A stretch of 25,498 nt of DNA from a virus (taxonomy: Duplodnaviria; Caudoviricetes): positions 1-25,498 of the IMG/VR virus record IMGVR_UViG_3300048578_000460, one strand, 5' to 3'. The position numbers were made by a program, and so were the translations under genes. The notes beneath the pieces were generated by a model, which had not been told where the DNA came from, ran no database searches, and saw nothing but the letters and a program-made list of their open reading frames with translations. This document shows positions 15,902-25,007 of the stretch, one piece after another. The first letter of the stretch is position 1, and each line of letters begins with the position of its first letter.

Positions 15902-16831
15902 ATGAAACTCGTTGATCTCTCTTCCCGGAACGGCGATCTTGCCGCTGAAGTAGCGCGGACGATGGCGGCTGAGCATCCACTCGTCGCTGCGCTTGAATTT
16001 TATCAGATCGTAGGCAATGCCGACAATCTGCGCAAGGCCAGTGCGGCCACCGGAGGTACGGTTCGTGCCGTAAACAACAACTATACCGGCGTAGCGGTTG
16101 ATCCTGCGTATGCCACGCCGTCGCTGAAAATTTTCGGTGATGAAATTAAGGTTGACCAGGCGTTCGAGCGCCGCGGCATGGACATCGTTTCAGTGCGCCG
16201 TCGCGATCTGGCTATGTTTGCCCGCCGGGCTTCCAAAAACCTGGCCGACTTCGTAATCAACGGCACCGGTAACTCCAACCAGCCTACCGGACTGAAGACG
16301 ATTACCCCAAGCGGTCAGAAGTTTTTCGCCAATACAAGCAGCACGGCGCTTACACTGGAGCTGGGCAATACCGACGCTAAGAAACTGGTTCACGGCCAGC
16401 TGGCTGAGAAACTCCGCCGCGGTATCTCGATGGTTGACGGCGGCGCGCGCGCCATCATCGTCCCAACCAGTATCGTTTCCCGCCTCACGTCCATTCTGGC
16501 CGACCAGGTGCAGTGGGTGCAGAGTGAGTATGGTGTACCCATCGCGTACTTCAACCGTATTCCGATCATCGAAGCGGGCTACAAGCTCAACGGTGCGGAA
16601 ATTATCGCCGGTGATGAAACTGCCGGAACCATTTCCGGAACCTGCTACAGTATTTACTTCGTCCGTTTCGGCGAAGCGGCTGATGTAACCGTGGCCACCA
16701 GCAACGGCGTGAACGTTACCGACAAAGGCCTTGTGGGCTCGCAGTACGTGCACAACGTGGAGCTCGATCTTGAGCTTGCGCTGGAGAACGACCTCGCCGT
16801 CGCAAAACTCGAAGGCATCAAAATCGGCTGA
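15902..16831 (+). CDS. Major capsid protein (HK97 fold)
   Basis: 309 aa after the scaffold; LKIFG.EI.VD, INGTG..NQPTGL, FN.IPII, SIYFVRFG and A.A.L.GI motifs. Confidence 0.85.
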   Translation: MKLVDLSSRNGDLAAEVARTMAAEHPLVAALEFYQIVGNADNLRKASAATGGTVRAVNNNYTGVAVDPAYATPSLKIFGDEIKVDQAFERRGMDIVSVRRRDLAMFARRASKNLADFVINGTGNSNQPTGLKTITPSGQKFFANTSSTALTLELGNTDAKKLVHGQLAEKLRRGISMVDGGARAIIVPTSIVSRLTSILADQVQWVQSEYGVPIAYFNRIPIIEAGYKLNGAEIIAGDETAGTISGTCYSIYFVRFGEAADVTVATSNGVNVTDKGLVGSQYVHNVELDLELALENDLAVAKLEGIKIG

Positions 16832-16848
16832 TAGCCGGTAGCAGCATC

Positions 16849-17283
16849 ATGTACCTCACCGTAACCGAACTTACGCACCAGTTTCAACAGGTCACCATTC
16901 AGCAGTTGTCTGACGATGAGCAGACGGGCCTGCTGGTGGAAGACCGCGTTGAAGAGGCGATTACCCGCGCCGGTGAGGTGCTCGATGCGTACCTGGGCAA
17001 CCGGTACACGCTGCCGCTCGATCCTGTTCCGGGTGTAGTAAAGAAGCTGGCCGGTACGCTGGCCCTGTCTGAACTGTACGCCCGCCGTCCCGATCTGGAA
17101 ACCCCGGCTTCTGTGGAAGCGGAACGCAAAAACGCCATGCGCATGCTCGAACAATTCGCGTCCGGTAAGCTCTCGCTGGCCGGTGCCGATGTTCAGGCGG
17201 CCACCAATGGCAACGCCTCCATCCAAACCAACAAAACGGCGCTTTCGTCGGAATTCGTCGGAAAACTGGGAGGCGTACTGTGA
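16849..17283 (+). CDS. Mu gp36/gpJ (DUF1320) head-tail adaptor
   Basis: MY.T..EL, AI..A...LDAYL..RY.LPL..VP, LY.RR and A...LE....GK.SL motifs. Confidence 0.9.
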   Translation: MYLTVTELTHQFQQVTIQQLSDDEQTGLLVEDRVEEAITRAGEVLDAYLGNRYTLPLDPVPGVVKKLAGTLALSELYARRPDLETPASVEAERKNAMRMLEQFASGKLSLAGADVQAATNGNASIQTNKTALSSEFVGKLGGVL

Positions 17284-17720
17284 ACCTGCACCTGAAGCGT
17301 TACGACCTGCAGCCCGACCACACGAAAGGTCTGCTGTACGTGGATGGCAAATTCACGGCGTTTACGCTGGAGGATGCTGTCCGGGATCGCAAAGTGCCCG
17401 GCGCAACGGCCATTCCCGATGGAACCTACCGCATATTGCCGATTGAGCTGGAAACGCCGCTTACCCGGCGCTACCGCAAATACGGCTGGTTCAAGTGGCA
17501 TCTGGAGCTGAAAGGAGTGCCCGGTTTCACCAATGTGTACATCCATCCTGGCAACTCGCATTCCGATACCAACGGCTGTATTCTGGTGGGTAACCAGGCT
17601 GATGTGCGTGGTGTTATTTCCGAATCGCTGAACGGGTTTGAGTCGCTCTACCGGCGCATTTATGCCGCCCTGGACAACGGCCAGACTGTAACCATAACTA
17701 TCTCTTCCCAATTCCTATGA
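17280..17720 (+). CDS. DUF5675-family putative endolysin (L,D-transpeptidase-like His/Cys motif)
   Basis: T.G.L..DG....TLED, TAIP.GTY and VPGF..VYIHPGN...DT.GCILVG motifs. Confidence 0.85.
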   Translation: MNLHLKRYDLQPDHTKGLLYVDGKFTAFTLEDAVRDRKVPGATAIPDGTYRILPIELETPLTRRYRKYGWFKWHLELKGVPGFTNVYIHPGNSHSDTNGCILVGNQADVRGVISESLNGFESLYRRIYAALDNGQTVTITISSQFL

Positions 17721-18457
17721 AACTTTTCGCCCTTCTTTTTTCGTCCATCGGCCTGCTTCAAAAAGCCGGTGAACCGCTTGTAAAACGCTGGCAGCGTCTC
17801 AAACGCACCGGCACTGCGTTAACGGTTGGCGGCGGCGGTTCGCTTGCACTCAGCCTTACCGATCCTTCCTTTGTTTCTGAAATCACGGTGCTCGTTCAGG
17901 CACTGATCACGCTGGTTGGCGCAATTACAACGCTGATTGCAGCGGTGAAAGAAAACGAATCCGCACCGCCTTCCAGTGCCGGACCTGCCGCATCAACCCT
18001 CATGTTACTGTTCATCCTCCTTTTTTCTTCCGCCATGATTCAGGAAACCCAGGCCGCCATCATCACCAAGGTTCAAACCGAAGTGCCCGACATTGTTGCA
18101 TCGAGCATCCCGGCCAACCCTGAAACCTACCAGCTGGCCGCCGGTAAAGCTGCTGTGCTTGTTATGTATGATGGCATTACCGCACGGGAAAGCCAGGCAC
18201 AGGGCGGAAAGATGCAGCCTGCCGGAATGCGGTGGACCCTGTTCGTAAAAAGCCGGGTTAATTATGCCGGTGCACCCGGTGAGCTGAGCTGTATCGCCAT
18301 TCTGGACACGTTGAGGGAAAAGCTGCAGGGATTTGTACCCGACGCTACCCGCCCGCACGAATTTCTGGAGTTCGTAAGCGAGGACTTCGATTTTCAGAAA
18401 AACGGGGTTTGGACGTATGCCCAGACCTGGAACCAGCGGAAAATTCTCTTTCTCTGA
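17717..18457 (+). CDS. Membrane (holin-like) N-terminus in frame with a Mu gp37-like tail terminator domain (possible internal start at 18035)
   Basis: Hydrophobic segments in aa 30-105; then P..P..Y, AVLV.Y.G, LD.LR..L.GF.P and V.EDF.....GVW.Y. Confidence 0.65.
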   Translation: MKLFALLFSSIGLLQKAGEPLVKRWQRLKRTGTALTVGGGGSLALSLTDPSFVSEITVLVQALITLVGAITTLIAAVKENESAPPSSAGPAASTLMLLFILLFSSAMIQETQAAIITKVQTEVPDIVASSIPANPETYQLAAGKAAVLVMYDGITARESQAQGGKMQPAGMRWTLFVKSRVNYAGAPGELSCIAILDTLREKLQGFVPDATRPHEFLEFVSEDFDFQKNGVWTYAQTWNQRKILFL

Positions 18458-18460
18458 ACC

Positions 18461-18730
18461 ATGATCCCGGTAACACTTCAAACCCCGCTTTTAATTGGCG
18501 GCAACCAGGTACACGGCGTGCATGTGGCACTGCTGAACTTTGAACTTGGCTACGCCATTGTAGACTTCCGCGACCAATCGGGTGCAGCCATAGCAGGCAC
18601 CCGGCAATGCGTTGTACTGCCCGCCATGCCATCGTTCAACGATGCCAGCGTTTCCGAACTCTTTACTGCCGAATTGGCCAAACTGGTTCCGCCGGTTGCC
18701 GAAGAGGAACCAACCAACCCTGAGGAATAA
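18461..18730 (+). CDS. Hypothetical structural-region protein
   Basis: 89 aa, tight spacing in the operon. Confidence 0.7.
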   Translation: MIPVTLQTPLLIGGNQVHGVHVALLNFELGYAIVDFRDQSGAAIAGTRQCVVLPAMPSFNDASVSELFTAELAKLVPPVAEEEPTNPEE

Positions 18731-18732
18731 TC

Positions 18733-19146
18733 ATGCCCGTTTATACACCCGCAACGGTCTCCAACCTTGAATTTTCGACCAACAACGGCACAACCTACGT
18801 TTCCGTGAACTTTATGGACGCATCAAGCGTCGAAATCGCCGAACAGCCGGTAAAACAGGCTATTCAGAGCGGTAAAAGCGTTACAGCCATGAAGCGCGTA
18901 GCGGTAAAAGGCACGCTGTTCGACCACGACGCCACGGTAAAAGGTGCGCTGCTCACAGCAGAAAGCGCGTTCACCGAAGTGCGCTGGCGGCTTACGCTGA
19001 AAAGCGGCAACACGGTGATCACCAACCAGGCACCGATCTCCATCGGCGAAACCTTTAAAGCTGCAGACGGGCTGCTTGGCTTCACGTTTGAAAGCGACTA
19101 CGAAGTACCGGTAGGTACCGCAGCCACCACCAAGGCGATTACCTGA
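18733..19146 (+). CDS. Putative tail tube protein
   Basis: 137 aa, beta-strand pattern rich in T/S/V, positioned after the neck genes; function inferred. Confidence 0.55.
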   Translation: MPVYTPATVSNLEFSTNNGTTYVSVNFMDASSVEIAEQPVKQAIQSGKSVTAMKRVAVKGTLFDHDATVKGALLTAESAFTEVRWRLTLKSGNTVITNQAPISIGETFKAADGLLGFTFESDYEVPVGTAATTKAIT

Positions 19147-19157
19147 TTCTAATTGCG

Positions 19158-19250
19158 GAATGAGAAATGAACAGTGAGGAATGGTTTTTAATCAATCCTC
19201 GCTGTTTCGTTTCAAATTTCTCATTCATCATTCATAATTCCTCATTTTCG
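19158..19250 (+). repeat. Long imperfect hairpin overlapping five heptamer repeats
   Basis: GAATGAGAAAT/ATTTCTCATTC and ACAGTGAGGA/TCCTCGCTGT stems; ATTTCTC ATTCATC ATTCATA ATTCCTC ATTTTCG (19216-19250). Confidence 0.75.
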
Positions 19251-19255
19251 CAACC

Positions 19256-20140
19256 ATGCCTGTTTATCGCTCTTACAACGTCCGCGCCCTCAGTTTTTAC
19301 CGCCCCGATACCGGCGAAGTAGCGCAATTCGATTTGATTGTCGGCACCACGTTTGAAGTGGTAAGCACGCCGGTTAAGCAGCTTATTCAGGGCGGCAAGC
19401 GTGTGCCGGTAATGGACCGGGTAACGCTCAAAGTAACCCTTATCGATAACGGCCTGCGGGAGCAGCTGCTCTCCTGGGCGCGCAACCATGTAGGCGTAAG
19501 AGCGGTCGCCGCCGGAACGCCCAATCTGCAATGGTACGAAACCGGCTACCTGCGCATTACGCAGGAAAACAAGCGCGAAGACGGCCTGTGGGCGTTTACC
19601 GTAGAGCTGGAAGCCGATCAGGTATTCGGCCAGAAGACCATCCATATGAATGCGAATTTGCTGGCTTATTTGGGGTGGCAGGATTCGAATGCGAATAATG
19701 CTGCCGATAATTACACGTTTACAGGATTGGGACCAACAGCATTTAGTTCTCTAATACAAAGTCTTGGTTCTGTTGGTAACTATTCATCAATGAGTACCGG
19801 CATTTTAGCAAATGCAGGAAATGCTGTGGTTTTTCCGATTAGTGGAATTAGAATAGATGCATCAATCGATGTTACAACACTTCACACTGTATTGAATTAT
19901 CACTTTCAAACATTTAGAGCCCGAAGTTTTGCAAACGCAGAACTGAATTCGGTTGTCTTATCATCGCCTTCAATAGGTGTCAAAGTTGTTCAACAGACTA
20001 CTCCAAATAGCACATATTACCTTGTTTACGAATTTGCCCAGGGCAATGGAGTGGCAACCACTGGCGGCATGGGCGTTCGCTGTCCGGCAATGACTACAGA
20101 TAGGTCTCTCACCCCCGGTACGTCCTTTATGTCATGGTAA
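19256..20140 (+). CDS. Tail-tube paralog (Dit-like) with an AT-rich C-terminal domain
   Basis: Shares MPVY...PVKQ.IQ.GK.V..M.RV..K.TL.D...DGL..FT.E with the preceding gene. Confidence 0.6.
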   Translation: MPVYRSYNVRALSFYRPDTGEVAQFDLIVGTTFEVVSTPVKQLIQGGKRVPVMDRVTLKVTLIDNGLREQLLSWARNHVGVRAVAAGTPNLQWYETGYLRITQENKREDGLWAFTVELEADQVFGQKTIHMNANLLAYLGWQDSNANNAADNYTFTGLGPTAFSSLIQSLGSVGNYSSMSTGILANAGNAVVFPISGIRIDASIDVTTLHTVLNYHFQTFRARSFANAELNSVVLSSPSIGVKVVQQTTPNSTYYLVYEFAQGNGVATTGGMGVRCPAMTTDRSLTPGTSFMSW

Positions 20141-20478
20141 CGGTTGGCCAGGTGTACGAAATGCTGGTAACCACCGGGCTTTCAAGCCCGGTGGCCGTGG
20201 AGCAGCTCGCAGCAAGCAACGATTTAAGCTTACCGGGAAACTTCTCTGAGATAGTGGTCGAAACGGTGAGAGCAGCTGAAGCGCTAAAACGCCAGGCTGA
20301 AAAGCACGGCATTAAGTTACCGGAAAACAGTGATGGCACGGCTGATACGGTGCTCAGTCTTTCCCGCCTGGATCCTGCAAGCTTTAGCGCAATCTACCAT
20401 CTTCCGCTTGCAAGCGGCCTTTGCTACCTGATGCTCCACAATCATTTGACTGCCCAGCCAACCGGCGAAAGCGCCTGA
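20134..20478 (+). CDS. Hypothetical protein (possible tail assembly chaperone)
   Basis: 114 aa, overlap-coupled; function suggested by position only. Confidence 0.55.
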   Translation: MVTVGQVYEMLVTTGLSSPVAVEQLAASNDLSLPGNFSEIVVETVRAAEALKRQAEKHGIKLPENSDGTADTVLSLSRLDPASFSAIYHLPLASGLCYLMLHNHLTAQPTGESA

Positions 20479-20512
20479 TTCCTCAATCCAAAATCTGCAA
20501 TCGCAAATTATA
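20478..20512 (+). repeat. Degenerate heptamer repeat in the leader of the 573-aa gene
   Basis: ATTCCTC AATCCAA AATCTGC AATCGCA AATTATA, then A-TTG. Confidence 0.65.
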
Positions 20513-20513
20513 A

Positions 20514-22235
20514 TTGCCTTACACCCAGGTTAAATATTACGCCGAATGGTACGACTGTAATAACAGGCTGGTGCGGCTTGAACTTCGTCCAGAATCTGAC
20601 ACAACCATTACACCGGTCCTGATGTACGTATCTGGCAATTTGTCGATTCGCTACAAAGTGCAAAACGAAGAGCTGCCATACGGACTTATGCCTTCATACT
20701 GCGAGTTTGCTGCTTTCTTGAAAGACACCGACCTCCAGACACACCTGCTTTCCGGCACTTCGCTCCAGGTATGGGTTTATTACAACGCGTCGCTGTTTTG
20801 GAAAGGCTGGCTTTTGCCTGTTGAACGCCGCCGGGCACTGCGTGTTGGGATTCAGCCGCTTAACCTTGTAGCGTCTGATCTGTTCAAGCTCAAAGAAGTT
20901 TCGCTTACGCCAACCGGCGCATTTACAACGGTTCAGTCATTTGTAAATGAGGCACTTGATATTATCGACCTTGGCTTTACCTGTACAGTTGATAGTACAA
21001 TGCGATTCAAAGATTACGCTGACGAAACGGTAACGCTTGGAGACATGAGTTTTTTTCCTGATTCCATGCAATCCGATTTCACCAAGAAAACCATGCGTAC
21101 ATACTTCGAGGTTTTACATGAACTTGCATCGAGCTGTTTGCACAATATTTATCAGGAATCTGGAAATCTGGTTTTTGAACCTTCGCGCGGTGTTGGTAAA
21201 ATCGCATTCACCGGTATTACCCGGTTTGAAAATGCAGTAATTGAATTTTCAAGCGGATACAAAACCGTTCGCATAATCCACGATATACCGAAATACCCGG
21301 CTACGCAGATCAACGCGGATCCTGATTTTGAGCGGTTCCAGGAAAAAGCGCCGGCATTAAATGTGGCGGCAAATCTGCGCGAATGGGAGCACGAAGAGGG
21401 CATAGTTTCGATTGGTGGTTCTAATCCCCGTTTTTTGCGCATTCAAGAACAGGCTAACGCGGTACAAGGCCCGCGCCAAACGATCGACTTTATCAGTTTT
21501 GAGCCTGGAAACAAAATTCGAATAACCATAAATGCTCAGGTGCTCGACACAGATCCTTTCGGTTATCCGGAAATAACCACGCGAAACTGGGGGGCGCGGT
21601 ATGTGTTCAAAATCGGCGAATTGTATTTGAATGACAGTCTGGAATGGCAAAGTAGCTATGCAGAAAGAACGATCCCGGACGAGCAGCCTTCAGGCACATT
21701 TACTCATATCGACGAAATCCAGTTGCCGCACATAGCCGGGCCATCTTATTTCGAATTGCTTGTGCCCGTAACCCCTGATCCGGTTTCCTACCCATACGCC
21801 TTTGAATACCAATTCGGCTTTGCACAGCTGGAGCTTGTACCCGGCGAGCAAAACGGCGCTGTACTTATTGAGGAAGCTGAAGGCAATGCAGCTTCAGCCG
21901 GTGTGTTGGAAATGAAACTCGCCTTCAATGCTGCAAACGGCGCAAACGTGCCCTGGTTCTTCCTTGTACCTGATCCGGGATCCTTATTAGGCCGGGCGAC
22001 ATACGATGTGTGGTTTGGGCTTGTCGGCAATACGCCCGGTAAATCACTGCTTGAATTTGTTGCCTCGAAACTGGCCTCTTACAAAAATGAGCACGCCGTC
22101 ATAACGGCAAATTTCATGGGCATTGAACGCATTGGCCGCCGTCTGGAGCTGGATGGCTACACGCTTGTACAGCCTATTGATGTTGAAATGAATCTTACAA
22201 AAGGAACCACTTCCGGCATGTGGGAAGTAGTCTAA
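20514..22235 (+). CDS. Putative tail tip/hub protein
   Basis: 573 aa, TTG start; M.Y..KY..EW, FWKGWLLP, L.ASD...LK and IYQ..G pattern recalls Bacteroidota siphovirus hub proteins. Confidence 0.6.
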   Translation: MPYTQVKYYAEWYDCNNRLVRLELRPESDTTITPVLMYVSGNLSIRYKVQNEELPYGLMPSYCEFAAFLKDTDLQTHLLSGTSLQVWVYYNASLFWKGWLLPVERRRALRVGIQPLNLVASDLFKLKEVSLTPTGAFTTVQSFVNEALDIIDLGFTCTVDSTMRFKDYADETVTLGDMSFFPDSMQSDFTKKTMRTYFEVLHELASSCLHNIYQESGNLVFEPSRGVGKIAFTGITRFENAVIEFSSGYKTVRIIHDIPKYPATQINADPDFERFQEKAPALNVAANLREWEHEEGIVSIGGSNPRFLRIQEQANAVQGPRQTIDFISFEPGNKIRITINAQVLDTDPFGYPEITTRNWGARYVFKIGELYLNDSLEWQSSYAERTIPDEQPSGTFTHIDEIQLPHIAGPSYFELLVPVTPDPVSYPYAFEYQFGFAQLELVPGEQNGAVLIEEAEGNAASAGVLEMKLAFNAANGANVPWFFLVPDPGSLLGRATYDVWFGLVGNTPGKSLLEFVASKLASYKNEHAVITANFMGIERIGRRLELDGYTLVQPIDVEMNLTKGTTSGMWEVV

Positions 22236-22245
22236 AGGACTTGTT

Positions 22246-24960
22246 ATGGCAGACCCTGTAAAAAAGATTTCGATAAAACTTACCCTTGATGGTGGCGAGC
22301 AGGTAAACGCCGTTCTGGATGCAACTGAAGATAATCTTGCAGCCCTGAAGGATGCAATAAAACAGGCAAGTGACGGCCAGGATGGGTTAAACACCCAATT
22401 GCTCAATTTCAACCAACGGTTAGCTGCAGTACAACAAAGTGCAGCGCTGCTTCAGCAAACGTTCGGTGCAGCGGTTGGCAGTTACGACGCGCTCACCCAG
22501 TCACAAAACAGGCTTACTGCTGCTTCAAAACTTGCCAATATCGAGCTTGATGAGCTGCAGGATATTGCCAGGCAAAGCCGGGAAAGCTTTGGTTTTTCAG
22601 AGCGGCAGGCAAATGATTTCACCATAGCACTGGCAAAGCTTACGGCTAAGGCAGGTGATACCTCAAAAACTGCCGACGCCATCGGTGCACTGCTCAATGT
22701 GGCGGCTGCGCAAGGACTCAATGCAGAGCAGGCGCTTCAGGCTATCAACCAGGCCATTCTGGGAATAGACGAAGGAACCGATAAACTTTTTCAGAAAAAT
22801 CCATCGGTTATCTATAAAGAATACGCCGATGCCATTGGAACTACGGTCGGCAAGCTTACCGACCAGCAGAAGGCTCAGGCACTTCTTGCCGCTACCATGC
22901 AGGCAAGTGAAATTGTGGGTGACACATACACCAAATTTCTGGAAACAGGCGCTGGTATGCAGGCTGATTTAACAGCTCGCACCGAAGAGTTCCATGCCCG
23001 CGTTGGTGCGCTGATCCGGGAAGCGCTTGGGCCGTTGCTACAGTCTGGCATCAGTGTTTTGGAGTTGTTTGCCCGTTCGCCTGAAGGCCTCCAGACAACC
23101 ATCATTTCGCTTGGTTCGGTTGCTGCCGTAACTACGCTGTTGGCCAGGCAGGGGATCAAGCTAACGGTTGATTTTGCAGCTATGAGGACCATGCTTGCTA
23201 CGCTACCAGGCACAGCTTCCATTGCCACGCTTTCGTTGAGCGGTTTATCTACAGCCCTTGGTGTTGCGGCCCGGACCGTACAATCGTTTCTGGTTAGTAT
23301 AGGCCCGGTTGGCTGGTTGTTTCTTGGTGCAACCCTGGTGCCAACGCTTGTTGACGGCGCAAAGGCATTGTTCGGTTTTGGTAAAGAAGCAGAAGAAGCG
23401 AAAGCACCTGTATCTGACCTTACCGATTCTGTGTCTGCTCTTCGTACTGAAGTTTCCCGTTTGCGGCCTGAGGAAATTGAAGAGCGCCTGAAAAACGTAA
23501 AACAGGCAATGTCTGTAATACAGGGCATGATTCGGGAAACCGGTTCAAAGCCGTTTTTAAGTCCTGAAAACCGGCAAATTTTAGACGCAAATATTCAGGC
23601 TTTCACGCGTTTAAGCGCTGAAGCTGCTGTTTTGGAAGCACAACTAAAAAAGGTTAAATCCTCCACTCCAGGTACGGAAGATTTCAAACCACTTTCAGTG
23701 CAAATCAAGGAAATCAAGGAGCGCCTTGCTGAAATTGCCGACAATGCTGTAACTGGTATAGTTCCGCCCGAAGAGCTGAAAAAAGCCCGTGACCTGCAAA
23801 CAGTGCTCGCAGATTTGCTTCAAAAACAAAAAGCTGCAACTGCAGCGGTGAATGTCGTTGTTCCGGTTACGATCAAACCTGTTGTTGCGCCTATTGAACC
23901 TGCTGAGCTGTTCCCTGCAGACGAAACATTTGATGTACAACTGAAGCTTAATACACCGGCTTTTTATGAATCTGTAGACGGTATTAACGCTGCATTACAG
24001 TCTCTTCAAACTCAGTTTAACGCCGCGACTACCGATCAGGCCAGAGCAGAAATTCAGGCACTAATTCAACAGTATGAGTTGATGCGTTCCCGGTTGCAGG
24101 AAGGTATTTCTTCAGAAAGTGTTGCTGCTGACTTTAAAGCTATTGAGGTTACCGCTAAGGGCACTGTCGATGCTATGCGCGCCGCGCTTCCACAGATAGA
24201 AACGCTTCTTGCTTCCGATTCAATAACTGTGAGTCAACGTCGATTTTTGGAAGGCTTCAAAAAGACGTTCGAGGAAACGATTGAGGAAACCGACCGGTTT
24301 AACTCCGCGGCCAGGGCGCTTTTTCAAGGTACCGTAGTAAACACGATTTCAAGCTTTGCTGATGCAGCTGGCGAGGCCTTGGCCACGGGTGATACAAAAG
24401 GCATGATGATGGCATTTTTAATGCCGATCGCTGATGGTTTATCGCAATTCGGTAAGATGCTTGTTCAAGCAGGTATCGCAAAACTGGCTTTCTTCAAAGC
24501 CTTAGGCGGTGGGCCAATCTCAGCAGGCGCTGCTATCGCTGCTGGTGTGGCACTTATTGCAGTTTCAGCTGCTATAAAAAGCCATCTCAATAAAATGGCT
24601 GAGAAGGAAACAAAGAAGGATGACGCACAGGCTGTAACAGCTCAGGTTCAAAGAAGAGGCTTTGCAACGGGTGGTATCGTTGCAGAACGCGAAGTTGTGG
24701 AAATTGCGGAACAGGGTCCTGAAATGATTCTAAGCGCCCCTGCCACGGCGCGGCTTGCGCCATTCTTTCCAATGCTGAACAAAGGAATCTTGCCATCAAT
24801 ACAAGTACCGGTTCCTGTCAATATGACACAACCATCATTCCGCGAAATGGATATAAATGTCGGCGGTAGCTTCGAACTTTCTGGCCGGGATTTGGTGGCT
24901 GTTGTCCGGCGCGTTACGAAGCTCGAAAAAGCCACTGGAATGGGTTCAGGCGGGCTGTAA
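22246..24960 (+). CDS. Tape measure protein
   Basis: 904 aa, Ala/Leu-rich and helical; IGPVGW, hydrophobic AAIAAGVALIA, FATGGIV...EQGPEMIL and LSGRDLV near the C-terminus. Confidence 0.9.
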   Translation: MADPVKKISIKLTLDGGEQVNAVLDATEDNLAALKDAIKQASDGQDGLNTQLLNFNQRLAAVQQSAALLQQTFGAAVGSYDALTQSQNRLTAASKLANIELDELQDIARQSRESFGFSERQANDFTIALAKLTAKAGDTSKTADAIGALLNVAAAQGLNAEQALQAINQAILGIDEGTDKLFQKNPSVIYKEYADAIGTTVGKLTDQQKAQALLAATMQASEIVGDTYTKFLETGAGMQADLTARTEEFHARVGALIREALGPLLQSGISVLELFARSPEGLQTTIISLGSVAAVTTLLARQGIKLTVDFAAMRTMLATLPGTASIATLSLSGLSTALGVAARTVQSFLVSIGPVGWLFLGATLVPTLVDGAKALFGFGKEAEEAKAPVSDLTDSVSALRTEVSRLRPEEIEERLKNVKQAMSVIQGMIRETGSKPFLSPENRQILDANIQAFTRLSAEAAVLEAQLKKVKSSTPGTEDFKPLSVQIKEIKERLAEIADNAVTGIVPPEELKKARDLQTVLADLLQKQKAATAAVNVVVPVTIKPVVAPIEPAELFPADETFDVQLKLNTPAFYESVDGINAALQSLQTQFNAATTDQARAEIQALIQQYELMRSRLQEGISSESVAADFKAIEVTAKGTVDAMRAALPQIETLLASDSITVSQRRFLEGFKKTFEETIEETDRFNSAARALFQGTVVNTISSFADAAGEALATGDTKGMMMAFLMPIADGLSQFGKMLVQAGIAKLAFFKALGGGPISAGAAIAAGVALIAVSAAIKSHLNKMAEKETKKDDAQAVTAQVQRRGFATGGIVAEREVVEIAEQGPEMILSAPATARLAPFFPMLNKGILPSIQVPVPVNMTQPSFREMDINVGGSFELSGRDLVAVVRRVTKLEKATGMGSGGL

Positions 24961-24973
24961 TTTTTTGCTCCTA

Positions 24974-25007
24974 ATTCTCAAACTGGCCGGACAATATTCT
25001 CAAACTG
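24974..25007. repeat. Right-end transposase-binding repeats (R2/R1-like)
   Basis: ATTCTCAAACTG at 24974-24985 and 24996-25007, 22-bp period, each followed by GCCGG; lies at the phage/host junction. Confidence 0.8.

Noticed and set aside
20235-20241. In-phase slippery heptamer G GGA AAC in the possible tail chaperone gene
   Set aside because: The -1 frame stops within a few codons, so no extended G-T-type product results.
19256-24960. Diversity-generating retroelement or invertible host-range cassette
   Set aside because: No reverse transcriptase, invertase or template/variable repeat pair was seen.
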